DNA from: Balanoglossus misakiensis | Taxonomy: Eukaryota; Animalia; Hemichordata | NCBI GenBank assembly: GCA_040954595.2 | Contig: CM082598.2 | Location: 1 to 64,000 of the forward strand | DNA length: 64,000 bases | Direction of reading: 5' to 3' | Shown here: positions 38,001-51,047 of the stretch, one piece after another | How positions within the stretch are numbered: position 1 is the stretch's first letter | Layout of the letters: each line of letters begins with the position of its first letter | Made by a program: the position numbers and the translations under genes | Notes under the pieces: generated by a model | Database searches by the model: none | What the model saw: only the letters and a program-made list of their open reading frames with translations | What the model was told of the DNA's origin: nothing

Positions 38001-38616
38001 ATTAACGTACACAACTGAAATGCACAGGTGAATAGCGGCCAATGGAAAGCTCAAATTGACAGTGGAGTTGATGAAAAAAAGCAAGCATCAAAGGGGCACT
38101 GGCTTTCACTCTGGACTATTTTTCATTATCATTTCTGGATGGTAAAATATCCAGTACTATAATCTGTATATGTGTATATGGTTTTAAAGAATGTTTTTTA
38201 TACCAAAATCGCCCTGGCAAATGTCACTGGAATTTGTACAAATAATGTGAATGGGATCAGCCCAACAACCGATACGCAAAATTTCGCAGTGACAACCTCA
38301 TCCAAATATGCTGTGTCACCAGTTTCAGAGTATTCAAGAAATATCTTGACCCACATACATGAATCTGACAGTCGAGCATGAACACTGGTTTTCTTCCATT
38401 TTTGAATCCACAAACTGTTGTGGAAATTCACCAAAGTTCGGGTGGTGGTGGTTGAATCTTGTCATTGTAACTTCATTTAACAGGACTGTATACAGTCTAG
38501 GAGTTCTTAGTGGATCTCAGTTATTAACTTTGACAGAAGAAGAGTTGATTTATGTTTGTGGTGAGGAAGGATTAGACGTGTACAATGAGCTCGCTCACGA
38601 CAAATCAGGTTTTTAA
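34022..38616 (+). CDS. EPS8: EPS8-family adaptor, about 660 aa, with EGFR-binding region, two SH3 domains, polyproline and SAM; no PTB seen
   Basis: Phase-consistent GT-AG exons: 34022-34102, 34227-34424, 34738-34961, 35493-35640, 35971-36075, 36191-36775, 36913-37095, 37271-37442, 37736-37889, 38484-38616. The motifs ERDVSKLNHCLDDIELFI, FQKMKFAFNLIAKLKGHIHEPNAAELVH, WPSDQAIPEYEPRF, YDFVARNHKEL...WWYVRN...GYVPS and DVIKWLQSKGFS...SLGVLSGSQLLTL are characteristic of EPS8. Confidence 0.93.
34988..35095 (+). repeat. Compound trinucleotide microsatellite (ACC)n(ATC)n(AAC)n in an EPS8 intron
   Basis: Seen directly. Confidence 0.95.
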
Positions 38617-41600
38617 GTGAGTATATCTGGTTCTAAATACATGTCTCCACATGAGTTCAGAAGTCTGTTACATGTTAGAGTACAGTCACACAACTATAGG
38701 CTGTGTCGCCAAGCTTATTACAGGTATCTTCAACATAAGTAGGGATGTACGTACGATTAGTTGAACATTGAAGATCAAGGTCAACCAATCAACCAAAACA
38801 AACAAACAAAGAACAAACAATCTTATGATGAATATTTCAAAAATCATGTATTTCCAAGATGTAATGTCATTGAACTAGCCTGTACACATGAGTAATAAAA
38901 TGGAAGTCATGACAAACTTTGGAACTGACTTAATGGCACAACTTGCAACCATGACAACTAGTCAAAATAGATAAATAGTTGAATTTTGGCAGTATACTCC
39001 ATCTTTAATGGTATTACCATAGCAACATTCTTTATGTCCTTCTTTCAGAATGTGGAACACGGATACCAGTCTCGCAAATCTACTGCTCATGACTATGATG
39101 AAAGTGGAATATTTTACAAGAGAATCTCATTATAAGATTAATAATCTAATTACTTTCTTTCATATGGTTCTTGCAGGTATATTAAGTTAGGTGTGATGAG
39201 ATAAATGTTATTACTCCAAAAATCAATTACACTAGTGTTGTCTTTACCACACCCATTAACATATATTGCAATCCAAAGACTTCCTAAATGAGTTCGTTCG
39301 TAACATTGCTAAAGTTATATACTTGATAAAGGCCTTGAATGCTAGCAGGGTACATTCAGCTAGCATTATTTTAGAAGCAGTAGGATATTTGCCTGACATT
39401 CTGCCTTCTGCCGTCTATCAAAGCCGAGTCCCCAATAAAAAGCGGACTCAGATATTGTATGTTATTAGATTTTTTGTACTTCAAATCTTATATCGATTTT
39501 GTTAGCACCATCGCGTGAGAGACCCCGTGCTTCAAGCGGCGTCTTTGCGAGTATTTTGACACTGATTTATTCGTTGCGCTCTTGAAAGAACGCCACCTAT
39601 ATACACCCCAAAAAAATCGTGTTAAACCGCGGGGATGTATTATCTAAGGACAGTTATATAACGTAGATTTTTTTATGTTTCCAGCAATTATTGTGCAAAA
39701 AATAGATTGTATTCTGTACACACAACATACAGTTGGTCAGCTTCAGCATATAAAGTACTGTTACCAATAATCTGGTTTATTAACTACCAAGCAATTTCTA
39801 CACATTTATCTATTGGATACTATGACGCTAATATTATGTAATCTAGTATTTCTAAGTAACCTTACGCTGTTGTTTTTCAAAAGTAATGTAACATTTACTA
39901 TACTTCAGACATAATAAACCCTGGCTAACCAAATCCCCTAACTTATGAGTGTTTCGTTTCTTTTAAAAATTCTTGCTGACAATAACACATTACTATTCAT
40001 GGTATGAACCTTGTGTTTTCCACTGAACTATTCAAAGTAGACTGCATGGGGAGTGAACGATTTTAACGACATGGGGGGGGGGGCAAAAACGGGGAGGGCA
40101 TATGTCCTTCTGTGGGGATGACCTTGTTGTTTGGATGTATTCAGGGTTTGGTAAATATTTCTCAGTGTAGTTGTTGGGCAACATTATTGAATAATGATTA
40201 CATCATTTCTCTGTGACGATGCCGAACACCGATAACACATTACTCATAATCCAATATCAAGAGTTAGTGTCCTTGATCTCCGAATAGGAGATTAATGTTG
40301 TCGAACCTGTAATTCATTTCTTGATTCGTCTCGTAAACGAAATGAAATGTTTTGAAAACTCTTATTTCGAGAACTAGTTGAGATATAACACCAAAAAGTT
40401 ATATAACAAAACATTTGGAAATATTACAACACTGCAGATTAACGAAGAAAACAGTCTAGTACAGAGTTTGATAAATGCATTTCTTCATGATAGAACTGGC
40501 TGGCCATGGATATGGCATGTTAAGATTAATTTAAACTCCTCAATTGTAATATAGTTGTACTGTTCGGAGTTTAAGACTCGCATCAGATTACAGGCAGGGC
40601 TGGGCAAGGATTTTGTCAAAATTATACCAGTGAGGCTGCTATTTTGACCTCCCTTTAAAATCAACAGCCCTGCCGTCTGCACGAAAACTTCACAAACTGA
40701 CCAACATGTATTTTACTCTGACTTCAGACAGGGAATGCTGAACGTTCTAAATAGAAAAATTATGAATATTGGCGCTTCAGTCTTATGTCCAACACGTATT
40801 ACATGGATTATCATTTATCTTGATTTACGTCCAGGGGCGCAAGATACCATATCCTCTCATTGTTTGGTTAAGATTTCATACACGGAGTAAACACGAACAT
40901 GTTAATAAATGTCAGAACAGAACGCTCACTGTGCCGAGGCCTAAACTCATACTCAATATAATTCCTCAAGGGGGTTCACCGTTTGGCTAGTTCTACCACA
41001 TACACACCATTTGATTTCACAAAAATAAACCCTAATTTTATTCCAATTCGCACGGAGCAAACTGTCTTGAAATACACACACTCTCGCATTCTGGGACCTC
41101 ATCGCCGAAAACACCGATTCCACCTGAACCAATTCAACAAACCAATTAAGAATCACAGTCAGTTCATTTGTGACAATGTGCTTTCTTCAGTGTTTAACAA
41201 GCCAGTTATTATATACATTCACTCAACTAAATATTTTTAATTCTAATCTCCGGATGAGTCCGCTGTCGCGCGCCCCAGCCCCTCCTCAAAACCGTGAATG
41301 ATTCTTGCCAATCTGCCACTTCCAAGCCAATTTCCCAAAGAAAGAAAACAAAAGAGCAGAATAATGGATAACCGGCAAACTGCACCAACCAGTGCAGGCT
41401 AAAATTAACACACGACAATTTTTTTAGAGAAGGTGACCAAATTAAACATAAAACCCGAAACTTCAGAATGGTTGTTGGTTGATACAATGGCTAGGTTTAT
41501 GTAATCATTGAAAATGTAAATTCACTTGTTATTCACTGGTTATGGAATGGTTGAGAAACTTCTCATTTCTACACTTCTTTTCTTGTAACTTCACAAATGT

Positions 41601-41661
41601 TGAATGTTATACATATCATGGTTTCAAAAAAGTTGAACAAACACATCATGAATTCTATTAA

Positions 41662-42007
41662 AGGGACAAAGTCTCTCTCTCGCTGCCCTTTTCCCATTAA
41701 TTATGTTTGATACAAGACACTCTTTATGTTAATGTACATGTGGATATATAGTGAATCAATGATCAACAACACACAACTTCCATCCTGTTTGTATGATATG
41801 AGTGTAAAAACTCGCCCAAAATGAATAAATGGTAAAGAACGATTATTCATTTTGGCGATTTTTTCACTCTCCTGTCTATAAGAGGTATGGAAATTGTGTG
41901 TGGTTGAACGTTCATTCACTATATATCCACATGTAGAGTAACAAACAGTGTCTTATATCAAATATAATTAATGGAAAAAAGGGCAGCGAGAGAGAGATTT
42001 TGTCCCT
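41662..42007. mobile_element. MITE with TTAA target duplication (Kolobok-like)
   Basis: TTAA-AGGGACAAAGTCTCTCTCTCGCTGCCCTTTT...AAAAGGGCAGCGAGAGAGAGATTTTGTCCCT-TTAA, with imperfect TIRs of about 60 bp and purine-purine 5' ends. Confidence 0.88.
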
Positions 42008-43551
42008 TTAATGAATAACATAATTATTAATAAATAAGTCATTTAACTTATTATTTAATTGCGACCACTACTCGCTGAGATCTGCGCACATAAGATTTAA
42101 CTCTTCAATCAGTATACAACATTATACTAAATACTTAAGTTTACCATTCTTCAAGGCCTATTGTTGATTTTTTGTTAAAACTGACTTCGTGATCTAACTT
42201 GTCAGATTGTTTATCTTATCGTTTTATCAAAAGAATCTTAAATACATAATTATTAATCTCTTCTCTACATCAAGGGTATAGGGGAGATAACCCAATGGAG
42301 TTTGCCCAACAGAATTGTCAACAAGGTGCATTTTTCAAAATCATCACATAACTATGTAAATTTGAACTCTATGTCCAACTTTTAAGGTCGTTTGTACTCA
42401 GTCAGTAGGGAATGCTGTAGATAACTTAAGAGTCAGGGGGCTAACATAAAGAAAATGGCGAAAACTCGAATGCAATCCTTGTTTGGACCGTGCGTTTTTT
42501 TTATAGACTAATCCACACGAATGTTTGCTTATCATAATTAAGTTGGTTCCCTTGCTAAAATGTGTAGACTGAGACATTTATTTCTCACAACCCTTGTACA
42601 TATGCTGTTCATCCCTAAGTTTGGTCCCTAACCCTCCCCCCCCCCCCTCATTTACAAGATTTACAAGCATAACAGGACAATGAACTTGTGGTGCATTTGC
42701 ATGGTATCAATGAAGACACAATATTGTTTACTATATATAATCACAAGGGTGTTTATATGCATATTTAAATATATTACTGATAGCGGTGGAATATAGTTAA
42801 GTAATGTGTTGGCTGTTAAACAATTCTACACAGTGTGCCTTACTGTAGCAAGCACTCTCAAGACACCTCTTGCCACATTGTAGATTGCACATGAAGACGA
42901 AGATGACTGTACTGAAGTTGGCGGTTGTCTTTCTCGGGTTTGTGTCATTGATAAATGCAGGTGAGAGCTAAACTTTAAATATTTTTTTATTTGATAGTAG
43001 AAATTTGCCCTTTGTGTCTTAGATTGACAAGTAAATACCAGTGCTGAGTGTTCTGCAGGTCTTATAAACAGCAATAGTATCATGAAATAAAAACAATGTT
43101 TAGGAATGTTTTTATAGTCCACGTGAGGTAAAAGTTTAATAATTTGCGCCTCAAAAATAAAAGGCTTACCCTCTTTTCTCATGGTCAGAAATGGAAGACT
43201 TTATCATTTTTCTGAAAATCTGTCCACGAAGTGCGTACCACACCTTTAAAAGCTGTTGTTTCTATGATCTCCCATCAATAAAATCACATATATTGGGATC
43301 GCTGTTACGAAGTCAGAGATGCAAAATGTGATAATATTGTTACTATGTGTGTCACTCCGCTTTGGAAACGGTGATTTCAGAGTCCATGAGTATAATCATC
43401 TACGCATTCCATCAACGTTTCTATGATTATGAAAATTGAACAAACACTAGAAATGGCAAGGAGGTCATAACAGTAGAGTATATCAAACACAGGCTTTCTA
43501 AGTAAATAAAGGAAAGCATAAACTTAGCATAACGGCTCAGTCACAACATAA

Positions 43552-44847
43552 GGGAGCCGTCATTATTTATGGCCTGGGGTGGGGTCGGAGGAATCAAGGG
43601 GGGGGGGGGGTTCTCAAAAATTGGAAGGCTGCAGGGGGGGTTTCTCAAAAATTGTAGATGAAGAGGGGGGGGTCACTCATTTCTGGGAAATGTATCAAAG
43701 TTTTTCAACTGAAAGATTTAGTTGTGTGCTGTGCAAGTGCTGCAGCGCTCCGCGACCTCTGGTCGCGGAACACCAGAGTGTCCACACTGCACTATCAAAG
43801 TATTTTTCCCAAAATTTGCTGATAAAGTGAAGATGACAGTGGTGACGATATAGTACCTGTACAGTCATTTCCAACAGTTGTTACAAGAGGGGGAAGGACA
43901 GCCGGATCATGGCGGCATGCTCCCAGCAGATACCTATATTAGCACATAGAACTGAACTACCTGAACTGTTGTTAATTCACAGAAATATATTTTCACCAAC
44001 AAAGTTTGATAATCATTTTGACTTTTAACGATGCCTGTCCAAATTACACAATGCTACTTGATGGTTACTGGTTATGGGTGAGCTTTTACGGTAATCATTA
44101 TTTAGTTGTGACTTTGAGATTGTTTTGTTGACGTTTCACCCTTTTCAATCCATCATGATGCAACTGATGATCACCTACAATGTAGCAGGGTGAACCTGGA
44201 GTTGAAAGGTCTTTTACTACACTACTGTAATAGTGAACACCTATTGCCTGGCCATGAGGGCCATAGCTGCCGTTTATTACACCCGAGGGGCTGTGAGTTA
44301 CCAGAATCATATGCTATTTCCCGAGACCGCAGGCCGAGGGAAATAGCATATGATTCTGGTAACTCACAGTCACGACACAATGGCCACCGCGGAAGATGTC
44401 GTCTGCCAACCTCAAGAGAAAATTGCAAGATTTTCCCAGCTGTTAGCATGAGGTTTATTATAAAACACCTATAGCCTGGCCTATATTCGGGCCATAGCAG
44501 CCGTTTTTACCCCCTCGTGACTGTGAGTTACCAGAATCATATGCTATTTCCCTCGGCCTGCGGCCTCGGGAAATAGCATATGATTCTGGTAACTCACAGC
44601 CCCTCGGGTGTAATAAACGGCCGCTATGGCCCTCATGGCCAGGCAATAGGTGTTCAATACAGATACATGTATTGATATGTAGTTGTTCCGGTTTTAGGGG
44701 GGACCAGTCGAAATTTCTGTGTTGGAAGGGGGGGGGGGTTCTCAAAATCTGCATGCTTGGCAGGGGGGGTTTCTCAAAATTTTGGAGTTTCTAGTGTAAT
44801 TCCTCCGACCCCCCCCCCCCCCCAGGCCGTAAATAATGACGGCTCCC
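43552..44847. mobile_element. PIF/Harbinger-type non-autonomous DNA transposon
   Basis: TIRs GGGAGCCGTCATTATTTATGGCCTGGG and CCCAGGCCGTAAATAATGACGGCTCCC, flanked by TAA on both sides. Subterminal G-run+TTCTCAAAA motifs are repeated. Confidence 0.9.
44231..44659. mobile_element. Nested palindromic (foldback) element inside the Harbinger MITE
   Basis: Near-perfect inverted arms of about 140 bp (44231-44374 and 44515-44659). Each arm contains its own hairpin, CTGTGAGTTACCAGAATCATATGCTATTTCCC...GGGAAATAGCATATGATTCTGGTAACTCACAG. Confidence 0.85.
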
Positions 44848-44957
44848 TAACGTTTGGTGCATAACTGTGGCTATTGGTGTCTTGATTATACTGACTTTGT
44901 TTTATTAGAGTTAGATGGGAAAATCGGCATACCACCAAAATGACACTAGTATTGAGA

Positions 44958-44969
44958 TGCGCATGCGCA
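44958..44969. promoter_or_regulatory. Perfect NRF1-type palindrome TGCGCATGCGCA upstream of the lectin exons
   Basis: Motif match only; function not shown. Confidence 0.3.
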
Positions 44970-45586
44970 CCACTGCTGCAGTGGAATGTTTATTAATTTG
45001 TAAGTTTGATGAAACCCAAATTGGCGTGAATCGGTGGGAGGGCAATATTTGATAAAGTTGTGATAGGGCTGTTTTTATGGTCCACTCGAGCTTGAAAATG
45101 GCCTATGTGTAATCTTAAAGAATATGACAACAAATGATCTGTTGTCGAGGGAAAAAAATGAAATTCGTCGCAAAATAAATACCCCCCCCCCTCCCTCATA
45201 AAACAACAGCACTGAAGTCATCTGAAATTATGAAGTCACCTTGGCTAAAAGTGTGGCTTTGATTTTTTTTTTTTTTGGGGGGGGGGGGGTGAGGGGGCTT
45301 CTTTTTTTCTTGTGGCAACAATATAAAAAAAAACAGAGTGCCTTTGGGGATTGTGTCTGAAACATACGATGAAACCTCACTCACATCTTGTCTTTTCATT
45401 TGGAGCTGAAAATCAGGAATGGTATTCCAAATATCTTAAGCATCTCATGATTTATTAATTAGCGACCTAATGACTTTTGTCTGGATGTGTTTGTCATAAG
45501 ACTGGTTTATTCACATATTTTACAGTTTTTTAAGTTGTTTCTTGAAAACTAGAACTTACAGTGCCAACCAATGTGATTTTTGGCAG

Positions 45587-48500
45587 AATGTATCCAGTTT
45601 GAAGTGTTTTCCAAAAAACGAACATGGGAAGAAGCTGCATCATTATGTGAAGAACAAGGAATGGTTCTCGCAAGAGATTTAAATGATAGAACTCATGAGA
45701 CATTGGTAAAAACAATTAAAGCTCAAAACTTTGTACCAGAAAAAGACTTTTGGATCAATGGACGAAAAAATGAGGATGGAGATATGCAAACACTTGATGG
45801 ATTGGTATCAAATAATACATACTATGATCCTACAAATCCAACTGGCAATGGTAACTGTCTACATCTATGGTAAGTGTCTGGCTATTCATCTATAATAACT
45901 ATTTGAATGATTATCTCCATGGTAACCACTTTCGTTACTGGTATTTATCCATCTTTATGGTAATTGTCTTCATCTGTAGTGTTTGTTTCCATGGTAAATA
46001 TGTTTTAAGTATGTCTATGGTATGTTTACGTCAATGGTTACAAATGATTGGCCATGGTGATTCTTCAAAGTTGCTCTCATTTGATGTTTTTTCTTAATTT
46101 TGTTTGATATGACAATTCTCTATACTGTTTGACTTCTTGAAGTCATGCTTAAATACTGGTCAACTAGATTTTTAACTAAAAATCTCAACTTTGCTTGTAG
46201 GATGCAGATTAGGGGTGGACCTTTTGATATTCTGGGGGGGGGGGGGTCAGGTACAAAAAATATAATGCTAACTTATCAATCTTCCAGGCAGAAATATGGT
46301 TATCAATGGGATGATGATGCATGTAACAGAACCAAATACTATATTTGTGAACACACTTGTGGTGAGTATAACACAAGCAAAATATGAACAATATGAAATG
46401 ACTCTATGCTTTCACCAAATCTGACATTTTGAACTTTGATAAGCCAGAGGTCTAAAAGCACTGTAATTTATGCTGGAACTAATTCTCTGTCACGTCAAAT
46501 GTGGATGCAGACCAAATTAGAATTGGACAATGTGAACATAATGGGTAATACATGTAAAAGGCTGAAGATAGCATGCATGTAGACTCTCTCACATGCAGCT
46601 AGCCATTCTCGCCACCTACACACATTTATTATCAGGTTAAATGTGCACCCTCGCAGGCTTAACATGCTCAGCCTGGGAGTCACTACACAACACCTTATGG
46701 TGCTTCTTCTTTGCTAAATGGTTCAGTGCGTGTATGTGTACAACATGTAAAGAGCCTTTTGTAGCAAAACCTAGGCTGTTGCAGTCTAGCACACATGCTG
46801 CCTAAAGGGCGGAGAAAGCTTTCATCTAGCACATGTTAAGACTTATTCACTGCATTATTTTGTTGAATGTAAGAACCAAGTGCATTATCAATTAAGAGTG
46901 TAAAAACAAATAATATGAAATATAGATTGTTATAAAGAGAGGTATGCCCCAGGTTCACATTGCCAAATGCCTGTTCAATTTTACTTGGGAGTAACAGATG
47001 AATGGTCAAATTGTTAGAGGTCTGCCAACTTTATACTGCTCACATGATTTAATACCCAGAACCAATTAAAGAAGCTTCAATGACATCATTTTTTTTTCAC
47101 ATTATGCAAATTAAATGTATTTAGGATTCCGCTATGACGATTCCAGAAAATCTTTTATTACAACATGACACTGATCAAGGTTAACGTACCAACATTAAAG
47201 TTGAAAAGATGTTTTACTTTGATTTTATTCTATCCAACCCAAAATGATAATACATTGTAGGTTGCATCAAATACAAGCTTGTTTCTGGGAACAAACTTCC
47301 ATGGGACGAGGCAGCACTTTCTTGTGAAGAGAATGGAATGTCACTGGCCAGGGATTTGAATGCTGAGACTCACAATATTATGGTAGATATGATTGAAAGC
47401 AAGGATTATGAACCACCAAAAGATGTCTGGATTAATGGGATTATGAATGCAGATGAACAGATGGAATTTACTGATGGAATCGTTACTAATTTTACATACT
47501 ATGATGAAACTAATCCTAGTCGAAATGGAGACTGTCTTCAGCTTTGGTAAGTCATCTGTGCGTACAAGTACATTTGCAAATATGCTGCCAACTTTGTAAC
47601 ATACAAATTGGCTCCATGCTGAGCTTGCCATGCCATTCACAAGTGCAGTGGTAACTGAGATCAAGGCAAATGAGTTTCATTTACTAAAATTTAATCAAAA
47701 TGTGGTGAAATAATTGGGTAAAATTTGTCAACGTACTGATGGAGCTAGCTTAATCAGTTTGTTTTCCACAATAAATCTGGTCTGATGTACACCTGATATA
47801 CAACGCAATGGTGACAACAAAAGTGCAGTCAGTCAGACTTTTTTTATTTTAACTGAAAGCTGAACCGATCAGAAAGTACAAGGAACAGGACAGAAAGGGG
47901 GGGGGGACCAATCAGACTTTATATGGAGAGTTTTTGGACTTCAAATCAAACTGTAATAACTGTTTGACTCTCTCATACAGGACTAGATCTGGATATAATT
48001 GGGATGATGATATTTGTGTGAAGACTAAATATTACATGTGTGAAAGAGAATGTGAGTATAACAAAATTGTGTATATATTTCCCTAACACTGCCAAGTCGG
48101 TTGAAATTGGCTTGATTTCCAGGGTGCCTAGAATCCTAGCTGGCACCCAGCCTTGTTAGGCTGCCAAATGTGTGTTGCTCAGTAAGACCTATATACAAGA
48201 GACCCTCAAGCCAAACCAGTACGATTGGTACACTTTACGGAGGGGGGGGGGGGGGGGGGGAGTTTCACACTGCCCAAGTGTGTCTATAAGTACGTATGAG
48301 AGCCATGCCAAGACAGTCAAAGTACTTCTTACACTCTAAACAGGTATGACACCCAGAAGCATCAAGTCATACAGAGACTGCAGTAGCAAATGAAACATAT
48401 GTTGACCCAACATACAAACACATACTGATGTGTATACCAATGCCTCTCTATACTATATGCGAATAAGCTTGTGATGACTGCTAATTTAGTTTTAATATGA

Positions 48501-49921
48501 ATATTACAACATGCCAAAAGAGACAAAACTGTCCAGTTTTAAGGAACATTATTGATGCGATTATGAAAGCAATTTGCTAAATATGGATATCACAAACAAT
48601 AACCTAATATGTCCTGCCATTTCTGACCTCTTTCTGAACATTAAGGTTGTGGTTGGTATGAAACAAACCGAAGAAAAATGACTTGGGAAGAAGCACAAGC
48701 AGCTTGCGAAGCTGAAGACATGATCTTAGCAAGGGACTTAAATATGGATGTACATATACAATTGGTGAATCTCATCAACTCCAAAAACTACCAATTTAAC
48801 CGAAATGATTTTTGGATCAATGGCAGAAAGAATTGGGCTGGTAAGATGCAAACAACAGATAAATTGGTTTCCACTTTTACCAACTTTGCTGAAACTGGTC
48901 CCAATGAAGAGGGTGATTGTCTTCACATGTCGTAAGTATCCTCAGCCAAAATAGTCTGACTGAAATGAAATTTAATAAATTCTTTTCTATCAAGCAGTTA
49001 ATGACTTCAACTTTTAATATTTCACCAAGACATAGTGGAATTAATGATTAAATATTCAATGAAAGATTTAAGAGTTAGGAACCTCTATATCAAGCCAGTC
49101 ATTGACTGTGGAAGGAAATGTCTAAATGCTGCTATTAAACAAGGTTTAGACCACATGTTGGGTGAGGGCCTTCCATATTGATGGGGATAAGGGCTTTTAC
49201 ATATTCCATGGCAATATTTTTATTGGTTTGAAGTAGGTATTTCATCTAGGTCACACATCAAAATCATTTCTCTACGTAAAACAAAACGGATATTTTTTTA
49301 TTAGCAAGTTAATATAAATCATCATTATTTTGTACATTCCATATTTTCGTGATATCACAGAAACTTTGAAAAGAGCAATGAATAAGGTAGATATTATTTT
49401 AACCATACAGATCTCTTTTATTACAGAAATGACATTGGATTTAAGTGGAACAACAGTGATTGCAATGAACGAAAACGTTTCATTTGTGAAAAAGTTTGTA
49501 AGTATATTTTAAAGTTATCTTGCATACACAAGAGGATGTTTATAGGATGTTTATATCTTACATATCTTTATGGTCAGATACTAGTACATATAGTTCTCAA
49601 AAGTTTGGGAGTTGCAATGCCTGTGTGTTCTAGTTTAAACAGATTTACAGAGGCCAGTGGTAATATATATTTAAGATTGGTTTTTATTATGCAACAAAAC
49701 AAGGGATGAACAAGTGTTGCCTTAGTGTGGTTTGCTTAATGGGCATGCTTTCTATGTGTTATGGTTTAATTATATTGATTTCAAAGCATACATTTTAAAT
49801 AACATAAACCTTAATTATTATAAGGCAAGCAAATCATAAGGGTGAATATACGTTTAAGTTTGATATTAGCACAAAGGTTTTAACATAGACTTTTTGATGT
49901 ATTCTCTTCGCAGGTTTTTAA
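45587..49921 (+). CDS. C-type lectin with three tandem CTLDs; 5' exon(s) and start codon not located
   Basis: Exons 45587-45869, 46288-46361, 47261-47546, 47981-48051, 48646-48931, 49427-49497, 49914-49921. Each domain has (T/P)W(E/D)EA...C...LA, (F/V)WING and C-L...W(D/N)..C....(I/M)CE. AATAAA at about 50042. Confidence 0.9.
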
Positions 49922-50313
49922 AGTCAACTTTCCGACACAGAGGTGGTCTTTCAAGGCAATTGAAAACCTGTCTGACTGAAATACTGCTGTATTAGAATTT
50001 GTGTTGAATATGTATTTTGTAGGAAATATTTTAGATAAATGAATAAATCTTATCTACATTTACAGTGACTACTAAATCACAATACATTTGACATGAAAAT
50101 AAGCAAGTTCCATAAGTTATGAAAGGGAAACCTGATTTTCCAAGTTTTTTTTTAAACATGAGACTCAGTTTGTCATTATACTGTTACAAATCATTATTCC
50201 TGATGACAATATGTGTTTATAGCAATGGCACTGTCAACATGCTTTGATCAAATCTCTATTCTGGGCAGAGTAGATAATACATATGGTGACACTGTGACCT
50301 CAGCAACAATTAA

Positions 50314-51047
50314 GGTGGCATTGCATGAAACCGTCGAGACTTTTTCAGAGGCCTATTTCTCATCAAAGACAAAGTTAAAACCCCCATAAACCATATATAT
50401 TCTGGAAGCTGAGATTTTGAACTTTTGTGTGAGTTGCAAATATTATTGATCCCCGAAAATGGTGGCGATTTTGGGTGAAAAAACCCATTTTTTGATATTA
50501 TGTCATGAAATTTAAAATAGGTAAAAAAGTTGACCATGCATCATGCATCTTAATATGTCATTCGAAACTAGAGTACACGTGCAAAAAAACGGTAATTTTG
50601 TTTTGCGTTATCTACTTCCATTGAGGAGTAACAGCGTTTGAAAGTTAGATTTTTAGTAAAATTTGATCAAATTCACGGTGAGTTGTATTGAATCAGAGTT
50701 TATTCCCGCCAGGGACACTTTATCGACTAACAAAAATACCGTTTTGTTGGATGGGTCATACACAATCCCCAGTTAAAATTTGAGCAAATTCGGTCAACGC
50801 AGAGCGAAGCTATTTTCGTCTGAAGTTGTCAAGAGCAGCGAAAATGCAAACTGATAAAAACGGCCAATTGCATTGTTGACACCTATTTGTTAAGCTGTGA
50901 ACTCATTCAGAAAAGTGCTATTTTGGGGTGATTATGCACCATTTCCGCCAAGACGTATTAGTCAGGGTGTGGGTCAGCATTAGGCCTACCGATTTATGTA
51001 AACAAGTAAAATTTGGCAAAAATCACAACTTTTCATGCAATGCCACC
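50314..51047. mobile_element. MITE with TTAA target duplication (Kolobok-like)
   Basis: Perfect 17-bp TIRs GGTGGCATTGCATGAAA and TTTCATGCAATGCCACC, flanked by TTAA. Confidence 0.9.

Noticed and set aside
40595-40672. CAGGGCTG...CAGCCCTG as a hAT MITE
   Set aside because: The inverted match is short and there is no 8-bp target duplication.
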